This document shows, piece after piece, positions 8,373-15,637 of a DNA stretch of 15,776 nt (within the stretch, counting starts at the first letter, position 1; each line of letters opens with the position of its first letter). The position numbers and the translations under genes were made by a program. Under the pieces are notes generated by a model. It saw nothing but the letters and a program-made list of their open reading frames with translations, had not been told where the DNA came from and made no database searches. This DNA is from Verrucomicrobiota bacterium (lineage in GTDB: Bacteria > Verrucomicrobiota > Verrucomicrobiia > Limisphaerales > CANJXF01): contig JBBQRQ010000115.1 in NCBI GenBank assembly GCA_038214755.1, positions 1 to 15,776 of the forward strand, given 5' to 3'.

Positions 8373-8942
8373 ATGCACTCGCCATCAATTTACTCGCATC
8401 AAGCGCGGCTGGCTTCCTCGCTTGGGAAACGTCCAGCGACCCTCGCCGGGCAAAGAAGGCCGACCTTTCAAAAAGGAGTCCTGCTCGTGGAGGATCACGC
8501 GGCGGTCCGGACTTTTTTGCGGGGCGCTTTGAATTCCCACGGTTACCACGTTTTTGAAGCAGACGGCGAAGCTCAAGCGTTCAAGATTTGGCATAAACAT
8601 TTCCATCAAATCGATTTATTGCTGACGGATATTTGCATTCCTTACCTGACGACCGGCGTGGAACTAGCCAAAAAATTCCGAAAAGAAAAACCGTGGCTTC
8701 AGGTCATTTATATGACTGGTTTCAGTTCGGAAATTGTGGCGACAGAAGAAATTGTGCTGGTGGAAAATGTGAACTTCTTCCGGAAACCATTTGAGGCGGA
8801 CAAGTTGTTGGACGCGGTTCGAAAATCTTTTGTCAGTCGATCCCCTGCGCTGGCCAGCGAAAAAACGGCCGACACCCGGCGCATTTTCAAAATAAAAAGG
8901 CGGGCAGACAGCCTGATGCACGCGAATGCGGAAGAGTCATAA
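8373..8942 (+). CDS. Stand-alone response regulator receiver domain protein (start uncertain: 8223, 8301 or 8373)
   Basis: VLLVEDH, IDLLLTD (phosphoacceptor Asp), GVELAK, VIYMTGFS, FRKPF. Confidence 0.85.
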   Translation: MHSPSIYSHQARLASSLGKRPATLAGQRRPTFQKGVLLVEDHAAVRTFLRGALNSHGYHVFEADGEAQAFKIWHKHFHQIDLLLTDICIPYLTTGVELAKKFRKEKPWLQVIYMTGFSSEIVATEEIVLVENVNFFRKPFEADKLLDAVRKSFVSRSPALASEKTADTRRIFKIKRRADSLMHANAEES

Positions 8943-9025
8943 CCCGTCAGTTTTTCTCGATTTCGAAACATTAAAGGCTGCCCCCTCTCTCTCCTGGGTT
9001 AAGCAACACGCCATCCAGATCATTC

Positions 9026-10585
9026 CTATTTCACTCGCGAAAAACTCTCCGCCATCGCCACGGCTTTCAACATCGCCCTGGCTTTATTGACCGTTTCCTG
9101 GAATTCGGATTCCGGTTCCGAATCATTCACCCAACCGCCTCCCGCCTGCACATACGCTTTGCCCTCTTTGATCAGTGCCGTGCGAATGGTGATGCAGCAA
9201 TCCAGGTTGCCGTTGAACGAAAAATAGCCGACGCATCCGCCATACGGCCCGCGCGTAGTTTGTTCCAGTTCAGAAATAATTTGCATCGCGCGAATCTTCG
9301 GCGCGCCGCTGAGAGTGCCGGCCGGAAATGTGGCGCGCATCAAGTCGTAGGGCGTTTTGTCGCCGGAAAGTTTTCCTTCGACCTGCGAAACGATGTGCAT
9401 CACGTGGCTGTAACGCTCGGTGGTCATCAAGTCCTTCACTTGCACGGAACCATACTCGCAGACGCGGCCCAAATCATTTCGCGCGAGGTCCACCAGCATG
9501 ACGTGTTCGGCTCGCTCTTTCGGGTCGGCCAGCAATTCTTTTTCGAGGGCCGAATCTTCTTCGACGTTTTTTCCACGACGACGTGTCCCGGCAATGGGAC
9601 GAATCTCCACCTTGCGATCTTCGCAGCGAATGTGAATTTCCGGCGACGCGCCCACCAGAGAAAATCCATCCAGCTCCAGCAAAAACATGTAGGGCGACGG
9701 ATTGATTGTGCGGGCGGCGCGATAAATATCCAGCGGCGACGCCTTCACTGGCACGGAAAAACGTTGCGAGCCGACGACCTGAATAATGTCCCCGTCCGTG
9801 ATGTATTTTTTGGCTTTGAGAACATTCTCGAAAAACTTTTCCTTCGTGACGTTCGAGGCGAATGGAGGTTCAGGAATTTCTCTCGGCGGCGTGACGGGAA
9901 TGTGTTCGGTCGGTTGTTCGAGGAGCGCGATCAATCTTTCGATTTCGCCGAGTGCGTCTTCGTAGGCCTCTTCCGGTTTGGTGTTTTCTTCCAAAATGGC
10001 GTTGACCAAAACCGTCAGCGTTTGTTTGACGCGATCAAAAATAAGCAACTCGTCCGCGATTAAAAAATACATCGTGGGCGTTTTCAATTCGTCGTGCGGC
10101 GGACGCGGCACGACGGGTTCAACATCGTGAATAAATTCGTACCCGATAAAACCAACCGCGCCGCCAGTGAAGCGCGGCAGTTCCGGCAGCGATACCGCTT
10201 TGTATTTTTTCAGAACGCCTTCGATGACTTCCAAGCCGTCACTGACGCGGTAGGGCGCGTCACTCCGTGCGCGCCGCTCGTCGGGTAAAGGACTGCCCGC
10301 CCTGCCTTTGGTTTCAAAACTTTCAACGACTTTTCCATCTTCAATCACCTCGACGCGACTGCCCGTTTGTTTGATGACGGCGCGCGGATGGCAACCGACA
10401 AACGAGTAACGCCCGATGTGTTCACCACCTTCAACCGATTCAAAAAGAAACGATTCGCCTTGCCCTCGAATTTTTCGATACGCGGAAAGCGGCGTTTCGA
10501 AATCAGCGAGAATCGTGCGAGTGACGGGAATTAAATTTCCCCGTTTCGCGAGATTTAGAAATTCAGATTGCGTCGGATGATACAT
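9026..10585 (-). CDS. trpE: Anthranilate synthase component I
   Basis: [115 protein letters not shown]. Confidence 0.95.
   Translation of the reverse strand: MYHPTQSEFLNLAKRGNLIPVTRTILADFETPLSAYRKIRGQGESFLFESVEGGEHIGRYSFVGCHPRAVIKQTGSRVEVIEDGKVVESFETKGRAGSPLPDERRARSDAPYRVSDGLEVIEGVLKKYKAVSLPELPRFTGGAVGFIGYEFIHDVEPVVPRPPHDELKTPTMYFLIADELLIFDRVKQTLTVLVNAILEENTKPEEAYEDALGEIERLIALLEQPTEHIPVTPPREIPEPPFASNVTKEKFFENVLKAKKYITDGDIIQVVGSQRFSVPVKASPLDIYRAARTINPSPYMFLLELDGFSLVGASPEIHIRCEDRKVEIRPIAGTRRRGKNVEEDSALEKELLADPKERAEHVMLVDLARNDLGRVCEYGSVQVKDLMTTERYSHVMHIVSQVEGKLSGDKTPYDLMRATFPAGTLSGAPKIRAMQIISELEQTTRGPYGGCVGYFSFNGNLDCCITIRTALIKEGKAYVQAGGGWVNDSEPESEFQETVNKARAMLKAVAMAESFSRVK
10249..10306. repeat. 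GTAG-type REP doublet inserted in-frame inside trpE
   Basis: GGTAGGGCGCGTCACTCCGTGCGCGCCG (10249-10276) is identical to intergenic 12048-12075 and is followed by a degenerate opposite-facing unit (revcomp GGCAGGGCGGGCAGTCCTTTACCCGACG). Confidence 0.85.
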
Positions 10586-10592
10586 GCAAAAA

Positions 10593-10895
10593 CTATTTCA
10601 TATCGCGCAGGCGGGATTTCCAATAGCCGGGTTTTCGTTTCAAATGCATGACCGCCAGAATAAAGATTCGCTCGTCGTCCACGACATAAATGATTCCGTA
10701 CGGAAAATGGTGCGTGAGACAGCGGCGGGTTTTGCGGGAAAGTTGTCCCCAAGTAAGCGGATTCTGACAGACCCTGGAAATTCCATCCTCAATCTCGGCC
10801 ACAAATCTGTCTCCCAATCCCTCAGCTTGCTGGTCGTAATAATGGGCCGCGTCGGAGTATTCCTGTTCTGCTGCTGGATGAAACTTATAGTTCAT
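10593..10895 (-). CDS. Type II TA toxin, RelE/ParE family
   Basis: MNYKFHPAAEQEYSDAAHYY...GLGDRF...RRCLTHHFPYGIIY...ILAVMHLKRKPGYWKSR; likely start is the ATG at 10895. Confidence 0.9.
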   Translation of the reverse strand: MNYKFHPAAEQEYSDAAHYYDQQAEGLGDRFVAEIEDGISRVCQNPLTWGQLSRKTRRCLTHHFPYGIIYVVDDERIFILAVMHLKRKPGYWKSRLRDMK

Positions 10896-10952
10896 GAAAC
10901 CGGCAGAACGTAGTTCGACAATCCCGTCAAGAATTTTATATGCAACCAAACC

Positions 10953-11189
10953 CTACTTTTTGCGATTGCGAACCCGTTGAAGAACCTGAGGCCCTGGGAT
11001 CGCCTGCACTTTGCCGGATTTAATTTCTTCATAACGTCGATCTGCTTCCTCGGCCCAAAGAGCGTCCAATTTCTCATTCTCCAACTCAAGGCTTTCTAAA
11101 AGTTCCTGCGCCAAACGCGCCCGTGTTGAATGCGGCAAAGAAAGCGCCTGCTCGCGAAGTTCTTGTAAATTTTGAGTGGCCAGAGTCAT
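10953..11189 (-). CDS. Putative addiction module antitoxin (TIGR02574-like)
   Basis: ALSLP...RARLAQELLESL...LDALWAEEADRRYEEIKSGKVQAIPG; lies upstream of a ParE-like toxin; TTGACC-17-TAAGTG-6-ATG upstream. Confidence 0.88.
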   Translation of the reverse strand: MTLATQNLQELREQALSLPHSTRARLAQELLESLELENEKLDALWAEEADRRYEEIKSGKVQAIPGPQVLQRVRNRKK

Positions 11190-11273
11190 TGGAAACACTT
11201 AACAGACGCAGAATTGTCGGTCAAGAATTCAGCCTTTCCGCCACGGCTAACGCATCTAAATTTACATTTCTCA

Positions 11274-11335
11274 TTAACACCGTGGCTTTAGCCCGGTGTA
11301 GGGCGCGCGACGAGGGTTTAGCCGTTTCAACGGCT
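11274..11335. repeat. Palindromic REP/MITE-like element with two hairpins
   Basis: TTAACACCGTGGCTTTAGCCCGGTGTA ... AGCCGTTTCAACGGCT; the CTTTAG-loop hairpin resembles IS200/IS605/RAYT-type ends. Confidence 0.55.
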
Positions 11336-11498
11336 TGTCGAACGTTCGAATACAATCGATTTAGAAACCGAGAATGACTTTGATCAACTTGCAGAAAAAA
11401 TTTGAGGTTGGTGCGTTCAGGAAATGAGAAAGAAAAGTTTTCGAAACGCGGTTGACGGTATCGCAAAGCTTTTACCCGGCCTAAAGGCTTAAAAGATT

Positions 11499-12017
11499 CT
11501 AGCCTCTCTTCCGTATTCGCCACACCGAAAGCAACGTGTAGAAAAGCACGGTGATGGCGTAAGCGACGATTCCCAAACCGATGGCGAGCGGAATGGCGTA
11601 ACGGCTGAAATAAATCAGCGCGCCGCCGACCAAAACGAACAGAGCGGTTTGCGCGACGAGACAAAATAAATAAAGACCGAGATGCGTTTCAATGAGACGC
11701 GCCACGAACCAATCGCGATAACCTTCTTCGCCCAGCGTGCGCATGAGCCAGGCCTGTTGGAAATTTCGCGCTGCCACCAGAATACTCGTCGTGGAAATGA
11801 TGATCGACATCATTGGATAAAAAGAAAACGTGACGCAGAGGGCGACGTTTACCAACAGGCCGAGTTTCCAACCGAGTTTTTTCGCGAGCGGATTTCCTTC
11901 GAGGACCAGATTGGGCGTCGCGATCCACGTGCTCAGAAAATCCGCGCCGCGTGAAAACAAAAGCAGCGCGAGCAAAATAAAATATTCCCGACTCGCAAAT
12001 AGAACGGCGTCTTCCAT
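11499..12017 (-). CDS. Conserved hypothetical integral membrane protein
   Basis: Several hydrophobic segments and a DFLSTWIATPNLVLEGNPLA motif; lies between hisI and trpE. Confidence 0.8.
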   Translation of the reverse strand: MEDAVLFASREYFILLALLLFSRGADFLSTWIATPNLVLEGNPLAKKLGWKLGLLVNVALCVTFSFYPMMSIIISTTSILVAARNFQQAWLMRTLGEEGYRDWFVARLIETHLGLYLFCLVAQTALFVLVGGALIYFSRYAIPLAIGLGIVAYAITVLFYTLLSVWRIRKRG

Positions 12018-12047
12018 GAAAAAATCTCAGCCGCCCACGTGTAATGA

Positions 12048-12075
12048 GGTAGGGCGCGTCACTCCGTGCGCGCCG
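12048..12075 (+). repeat. Intergenic GTAG-type REP, identical to the copy in trpE
   Basis: GGTAGGGCGCGTCACTCCGTGCGCGCCG; stem GGCGCG...CGCGCC. Confidence 0.85.
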
Positions 12076-12115
12076 TTCGGTATTTGAGCTTGCGGCGCCA
12101 ATGTTATTCTCCAGT

Positions 12116-12502
12116 TCATTTCTTGCCGTAAATTTGTTCCGGAGTTTCGAGTTGCGCCTCGGTTATTTTGAAATCGTTTTTATTTTCCACCGAGCGAAAA
12201 AAACAGGATTGATAACCTTCATGGCAAGCCGCACCGGTTTGTTCGACTTGAATAAGCAGCGTGTCGCCGTCGCAATCGAACGAAATATCTTTCACGGTTT
12301 GGGTGTGGCCGCTCTGTTCGCCTTTCCTCCAAAACTTTTGGCGCGACCGACTCCAAAAATGCGTTTGGCCCGTCTCGATGGTTTTCTCCAGGGCCGCGCG
12401 GTTCATCCACGCCATCATCAACACGCGGCCAGTTTTTTGTTCCTGCACGATTGCGGGAATCAGACCATCCACAGTGAAGTTCAATTCTTCAAAAAAGCTC
12501 AT
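12116..12502 (-). CDS. hisI: Phosphoribosyl-AMP cyclohydrolase
   Basis: GLIPAIVQ...[46 protein letters not shown]. Confidence 0.96.
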   Translation of the reverse strand: MSFFEELNFTVDGLIPAIVQEQKTGRVLMMAWMNRAALEKTIETGQTHFWSRSRQKFWRKGEQSGHTQTVKDISFDCDGDTLLIQVEQTGAACHEGYQSCFFRSVENKNDFKITEAQLETPEQIYGKK

Positions 12503-12508
12503 TCGCAA

Positions 12509-12908
12509 TTAGTGATCGCTGATGTCGGTTAGTGATTTGGGAGCCGCGAGTGGCTTTTCCGGGGGGAAAGTAAACGCCACCGCCGCCAAAATGCAAACGA
12601 ACGCCGCGCGATGATTCCATTTAATTTTTTCGCCCAAATAAAAAGTAGCGAAGCCGCCAACCACAACTAGCGTGATAACTTCCTGGATGATTTTCAGTTG
12701 TGTCGCCGAATAAAAACTATTTCCCCAGCGATTGGCCGGAACCATCAAACAATATTCAAAAAACGCGATGCCCCAACTCACAAGGATCGCCAGCACGAGC
12801 GGCTTGCTCTTGAATTTCAAATGGCCGTACCAAGCAACGGTCATGAAGATGTTGGAAAAGGTTAACAGCACAATCGGCAGCGAGCGGGATTGGGAATAAT
12901 GAGTTCAT
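12509..12908 (-). CDS. DMT family membrane protein (DUF486-like); the natural ATG at 12908 is 1 nt out of frame, with an in-frame GTG at 12871
   Basis: SNIFMTVAWYGHLKF, SWGIAFFEYCLMVPANRWG, QLKIIQEVITL. Removing one C at 12892-12894 gives MNSLFQSRSLPIVLL..., coupled (ATGA) to the toxin stop. Confidence 0.85.
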
Positions 12909-13234
12909 AAATCTTCAGGAGCGATCTCGCCCAGGGCCAGACGCGCGCCGTGGCGGACATGCAGGATGTGGACGTCGCCTTCGCTCACAGTGAAAAGGAT
13001 TCGATACTTGTGCTGACGGCGACCGTGGAAAATCTCGCGAATTTCAGCGTTGAGAAACTTGCTTTCAGGCGCGAACGGGCAACGTTCGGGAAAAATCTCC
13101 AGCGACCCGATCGTGTCGTAGATGCTGTCGAACCAGCGGTCAGCGGCGTCTGGATCGCGCTCCGCCAGCCACGCGTGGGCTTCCGCGATGTCCTGCTGTG
13201 CGGGAAGTTCAACGATGACGTTCCACCGCTTCAT
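12905..13234 (-). CDS. Type II TA toxin, RelE/ParE family
   Basis: A.QDIAEA..W...DPDAADRWF, SLEIFPERCPFAPES, YRILFTV, VHILHVRHGAR; ATGA overlap with the antitoxin. Confidence 0.9.
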   Translation of the reverse strand: MKRWNVIVELPAQQDIAEAHAWLAERDPDAADRWFDSIYDTIGSLEIFPERCPFAPESKFLNAEIREIFHGRRQHKYRILFTVSEGDVHILHVRHGARLALGEIAPEDL

Positions 13235-13509
13235 TTTTTGCGGCGGGGAATCTTGTGCTTGGCGCGGATTTCATCAAGCGCTTGGCGGAATGGCTTGCCT
13301 GTGCCGGTTTTCATCGCATCCAAACCGCGTTGGATGCCACGGATGGCGTCCAACATTTCCTCAAATGCGGCGGCATCCTGCACGATCAATTCCGCCTTGC
13401 CGTTGACGGTCAAAACTTCGGGTCGCCCGGTGACTTTGAGACGGCGCAAATGGCTTTTGGTGTTCCGCTGAAAATCGGTGAGCGAGCGAATGTCTTCTAA
13501 AGCAATCAT
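13231..13509 (-). CDS. Type II TA antitoxin, Phd/YefM family
   Basis: DIRSLTDFQRNT...LK.TGRPEVLTVNGKAELIVQDAAAFEEM; alternative start 13542; palindrome TTGAATTCAA at 13514-13523 may be an operator. Confidence 0.9.
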   Translation of the reverse strand: MIALEDIRSLTDFQRNTKSHLRRLKVTGRPEVLTVNGKAELIVQDAAAFEEMLDAIRGIQRGLDAMKTGTGKPFRQALDEIRAKHKIPRRKK

Positions 13510-13541
13510 AGCGTTGAATTCAATGTTTTTTCCATGCTGCA

Positions 13542-13640
13542 TTAAGACGAAGTGGGAAGCAAGTCTGCGAACATCTTGAAAATGTTCGAGCAGATGAGCA
13601 GCACAATCGGCAGCCAGCGGGATTGAGTGCGTTCGTTCAT
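13542..13640 (-). pseudogene. Duplicated, truncated 5' end of the DMT gene (32-aa mini-ORF)
   Basis: Reads MNERTQSRWLPIVLLICSNIFKMFADLLPTSS*; 13599-13625 matches 12866-12892 at 26/27 nt. Confidence 0.85.
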
Positions 13641-13700
13641 TTTTTTTTGGAAATTTAATTTTGCGTGGGTCTCCTCAAAAGCGACCGTGACGGACGTGTG

Positions 13701-14015
13701 TTACGATTCCATTTCTAAAGCAGGCAGGTCCATATTGCCAGGCCGCACCCGCAATAGAATTATCTGCTTATCCTCCTGCACAGAGTAGAAGATCAGCCAG
13801 CGAGGAAATTGTTTGATTCGCCACGAACGAATGCCCCCGGTCTTCAGGTCGGCTCGTTCCCTGCCGACCTGCGGATGTTGCTGGAGAAAGCGGATCGTTT
13901 CCTTCAACGACTGATACCAACGTTCAGCGACTTCCGGCCCGGCGTTCTGATTCAGCCAGGTCAATTCCTCGGCCAAATCCAGCAGAAAGCGGGGACGTTT
14001 TCTGACCGCGATCAT
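13701..14015 (-). CDS. Type II TA toxin, RelE/ParE family
   Basis: RPRFLLDL.E...WL..NAGPEVAERW, HPQVGRER, IRSWRIKQFPRWLIFY, ILLRV; ATGA overlap with the upstream gene. Confidence 0.88.
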   Translation of the reverse strand: MIAVRKRPRFLLDLAEELTWLNQNAGPEVAERWYQSLKETIRFLQQHPQVGRERADLKTGGIRSWRIKQFPRWLIFYSVQEDKQIILLRVRPGNMDLPALEMES

Positions 14016-14266
14016 GCCTTGCGTTTCAAGACCCGGTCACGAATTGCGTCCATCTCCGCTTCGGTCAACGGCGATTCCGGCCCGCTCGCCAACGCCTCGT
14101 CCACCCACCGTTGATCTCGTTTGGTGTTTAGCGCCGCGTCTATCTCGAACGTCCGCTCAAGCCGCGCCAACGCTTCCTGAGTCAACGAACGGAAATTGGC
14201 GGCGGCCTCATTTTCCAACTGCGCGCGCAAATCTTGGGGAACATCTTTCAAGGTGATGTCGGACAT
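14012..14266 (-). CDS. Antitoxin with an Arc/ribbon-helix-helix N-terminus and ParD-like C-terminus
   Basis: ITLKDVPQDLRAQL...AAANFRSLTQEAL; VDEALASGP...MDAIRDR; coupled to the toxin. Confidence 0.82.
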   Translation of the reverse strand: MSDITLKDVPQDLRAQLENEAAANFRSLTQEALARLERTFEIDAALNTKRDQRWVDEALASGPESPLTEAEMDAIRDRVLKRKA

Positions 14267-14300
14267 GGGAGAACGATAACAACATTGGAATGGTTTTCAA
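14267..14300 (-). promoter_or_regulatory. Putative leaderless promoter of the TA module
   Basis: TTGAAA-16 nt-TATCGT (preceded by TGn)-6 nt-ATG(14266). Confidence 0.55.
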
Positions 14301-14353
14301 GCTCGCGCCAATGTTGCGTCCAGCCGAATGCAGACCGATGACCCGAACGAATT

Positions 14354-14500
14354 TCAACGGGGTGAACGCGAGATTTTATATTTGGCCCGAATGCGATCCA
14401 AAACTTTGCGTGCCGGTTTGCCTTTTCCCTCCTTCATCGAATCCAATCCACGTTGGATTCCGCGAATAGCGTTGACCATTTCTTCGTAGGCAGCGGCGTT
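14354..14500 (-). pseudogene. C-terminal half of a second Phd/YefM antitoxin (paralog of 13231-13509)
   Basis: Translates NAAAYEEMVNAIRGIQRGLDSMKEGKGKPARKVLDRIRAKYKISRSPR* versus DAAAFEEMLDAIRGIQRGLDAMKTGTGKPFRQALDEIRAKHKIPRRKK. Not in the ORF track. Confidence 0.85.
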
Positions 14501-14880
14501 CTTTTCCAATCGTGACTTTCCAGCACAGCACGAAGTTGAGGAATCGCTGAACGTGCGGCGGGACCGATCTCACCGAGAAATCCGGCCGCTTCGGGTTGTT
14601 GATAAAAGTGAAGCTCTGTATTCAACAAGCTGGCAACTTGCGCCACAACTTCCGGGATGTGTTCGGGTGAACTGAGGTTGAGCGCCTTGGCGGCGGCAAA
14701 CCTCATCGTTCCCGAAGATGATGTCGTCATGATGTCGCGCAGGACGGCCACACCCTCTGGCTTTCGCGCGGGCGCAAGCTTCATCAGAGTCTCCGCAGCC
14801 GCAATCCGTACCGGCTCTTCTTTATGAGCGAGTAACTTCGTCAACTCTACCAGCACCGGGGCTGCGCAAGCCGCCGGACT
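14501..14880 (-). pseudogene. HEAT-repeat protein fragment
   Basis: VRIAAAETL, MRFAAAKAL, AAGFLGEIGPAARSAIPQLRAVL. No convincing start; the 3' end runs out of frame into the antitoxin remnant. Confidence 0.65.
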
Positions 14881-14892
14881 TCAAATCGGAAC

Positions 14893-14960
14893 GTAGCAGC
14901 CGACGTAAGGAGGCTCTGACTTTTCCGAATTAGAATGAGCCTCCTCACGTCGGCTGCTAC
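14893..14960. repeat. GTAG-type REP inverted doublet
   Basis: GTAGCAGCCGACGTAAGGAGGCTC (14893-14916) and GAGCCTCCTCACGTCGGCTGCTAC (14937-14960), 23/24 nt complementary. Confidence 0.9.
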
Positions 14961-15082
14961 AACCGCACCGGAATATTTCTCTCCGCCAAAAATTTCTTCA
15001 CGTCGCCAACGGTGTAATCCCCGAAATGAAAAATGCTCGCGGCCAAGACGGCGTCGGCTTTGCTGTTTTCGTAACCGGGCAT
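14957..15082 (-). pseudogene. hisF: Orphan 3' end of imidazole glycerol phosphate synthase cyclase subunit
   Basis: Translates [52 protein letters not shown]...IPVR is the HisF C-terminus. Not in the ORF track. Confidence 0.88.
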
Positions 15083-15411
15083 CAGGCTGGTTGCAGCGGG
15101 GAACCGGAAGTTTTTTCCAAAGCCGTTTTCGCCAATCGCCCCAGGCGGACGGCGCGTTCGACGGCTTTGCGCGCGTAATGGTGATGCTCCCGCGCGCCGG
15201 TCAGCAATCCTTCGACACCGATATCGGCGTCAAGCTCCGGCCAATAGACTGACGAACCATTGATCTCGAACCGACCGCGCTCCTGCGGAGTTGCCAAAGG
15301 GAGCGTTGGATAAAATGCAATTGGCACGCTGATGAACCGACCGTCTTCGAGATGGAAGCCAAGCAGTTCGTCGGTCACGACCACTTCAGTTACGGTTGGG
15401 GGCATTTGCAT
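15082..15411 (-). CDS. DUF2442 domain protein (partner of DUF4160, TA-like)
   Basis: [26 protein letters not shown]...[17 protein letters not shown]; start 15411 or 15405. Confidence 0.88.
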   Translation of the reverse strand: MQMPPTVTEVVVTDELLGFHLEDGRFISVPIAFYPTLPLATPQERGRFEINGSSVYWPELDADIGVEGLLTGAREHHHYARKAVERAVRLGRLAKTALEKTSGSPLQPA

Positions 15412-15424
15412 ACGCAGGCAGAGT

Positions 15425-15637
15425 CTAATTCTCGTGGCGCCCGTGTTCAAGCCAGCGTTCAACTATTTCCGCGCGGCGTTCCGAAATCACTCGGCGAATT
15501 TCGGCGGTTTCGCTCGGTTTGAATCCTCGATTAAACCCGACCGAAAGATCGTCCAGCCAAACCTTGCATTCGTGGCCGGCCTTGAAGACGTGAACATGCA
15601 TCCGTTCAGCCAAATCATAGCTGTGTAAGCTGACCCG
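15425..15637 (-). pseudogene. DUF4160 domain protein, 5' end cut off by the IS630 insertion
   Basis: RVSLHSYDLAERMHVHVFKAGHECKVWL...NRGFKPSE...IVERWLEH; the frame runs directly into the CTAG junction. Confidence 0.8.

Noticed and set aside
9260..10063. 267-aa plus-strand ORF
   Set aside because: Antisense shadow of trpE with no recognisable motifs.
11221..11664. 147-aa minus-strand ORF
   Set aside because: Alternate frame of the membrane gene running through intergenic repeat DNA; no protein-like signal.
14434..14856. Intact 140-aa HEAT protein as given in the ORF track
   Set aside because: Its last ~22 aa are an out-of-frame read of an antitoxin remnant and it lacks a credible start, so it is treated as a fragment.
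10593..15637. Integron/CALIN cassette array
   Set aside because: I could not find RYYYAAC...GTTRRRY attC structures after the modules, no intI is present, and the modules are interleaved with core genes. IntegronFinder would be the decisive test.
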